Under the pieces are notes generated by a model. That model was not told the origin of the DNA, ran no database searches, and saw nothing but the letters and a program-made list of their open reading frames with translations. Below, one piece after another: positions 63,788-64,000 of a DNA stretch of 64,000 nt. Position 1 is the stretch's first letter; each line of letters opens with the position of its first letter. The position numbers and the translations under genes were made by a program. Origin of the DNA: an uncultured Bacteroidia bacterium (GTDB lineage: Bacteria; Bacteroidota; Bacteroidia; Bacteroidales; UBA932); contig CACYGI010000002.1 in the NCBI GenBank assembly GCA_902773925.1, positions 160,990 to 224,989 of the forward strand, written 5' to 3'.

Positions 63788-64000
63788 AACGGATACTTCT
63801 CACGGTACTGATAACGGCGGCCTCTGTCTCGATCGGCACGGGGTACATCCATTTTGCATCCTCGCAGGCCGAAAGGGGACTTGCATCCCTGAGATGCAAT
63901 GGAGTGGAGGTACGCATCCTCGACTCTGCGGAGAGCCGCATCGTCACCCGTGAGGACGTGATGAACGCACTTAAGGAAGCTCCACAGGCCGTGGGCCTCA
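63781..64000 (+). CDS. ftsQ: FtsQ-like division protein, N-terminal fragment (runs off window end)
   Basis: Own translation from the ATG at 63781: MLKRILLTVLITAASVSIGTGYIHFASSQAERGLASLRCNGVEVRILDSAESRIVTREDVMNAL.... Single TM then a POTRA-like start. Overlaps the murC stop; expected dcw position. Confidence 0.6.
   Translation, partial: MLKRILLTVLITAASVSIGTGYIHFASSQAERGLASLRCNGVEVRILDSAESRIVTREDVMNALKEAPQAVGL

Noticed and set aside
52131-64000. Absence of murF and ddl from the dcw cluster as a possible deletion.
   Set aside because: To my knowledge, the order mraZ-rsmH-ftsL-ftsI-murE-mraY-murD-ftsW-murG-murC-ftsQ without murF is the usual Bacteroidetes arrangement. Gene junctions are tight and intact.

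Overview
High-GC (~58-60% by eye) Bacteroidales-type chromosome segment, possibly Rikenellaceae/Alistipes-like (inference). Support: SusC/SusD loci, TAnnTTTG -7 promoter boxes, and a dcw cluster without murF. Most of the window is housekeeping. Left: polyprenyl synthase/menA, ettA, a MATE pump, a phosphate acyltransferase plus ackA. Centre: methylmalonyl-CoA mutase mutA/mutB. Right: parE, efp, ispH, cmk, der, rlmH, an ABC-2 exporter, and mraZ-rsmH-ftsL-ftsI-murE-mraY-murD-ftsW-murG-murC-ftsQ. The standout is 8.8-20.3 kb. Two intact, diverged susC/susD cassettes (SusC 1104 aa each; SusD 529 and 531 aa) lie as ~5.0 kb mirror-image arms. Homology runs from ~35 nt upstream of each susC ATG through each susD terminator. 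The 1.43 kb unique centre holds only a tyrosine recombinase and one canonical promoter, which currently faces the right-hand cassette. This looks like a recombinase-driven two-state transporter switch (shufflon). I could not see inversion itself from a single sequence. Other points: an enzyme-poor SusC/SusD locus with a zinc metallohydrolase lipoprotein, a DUF4302-like protein and a BACON protein; an untracked 56-aa ORF coupled to a fimbrillin-like lipoprotein; an orphan Plug-domain lipoprotein; a sigma-54 activator with no DNA-binding domain near a 1194-aa NtrY-like kinase; a repeat-dense 0.5 kb intergenic region; and phased GTGGAAAA boxes upstream of mraZ. The ORF track uses alternative start codons, so several starts were moved to downstream ATGs. 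My base indexing disagrees with the track by 1 nt in the first ~300 nt.
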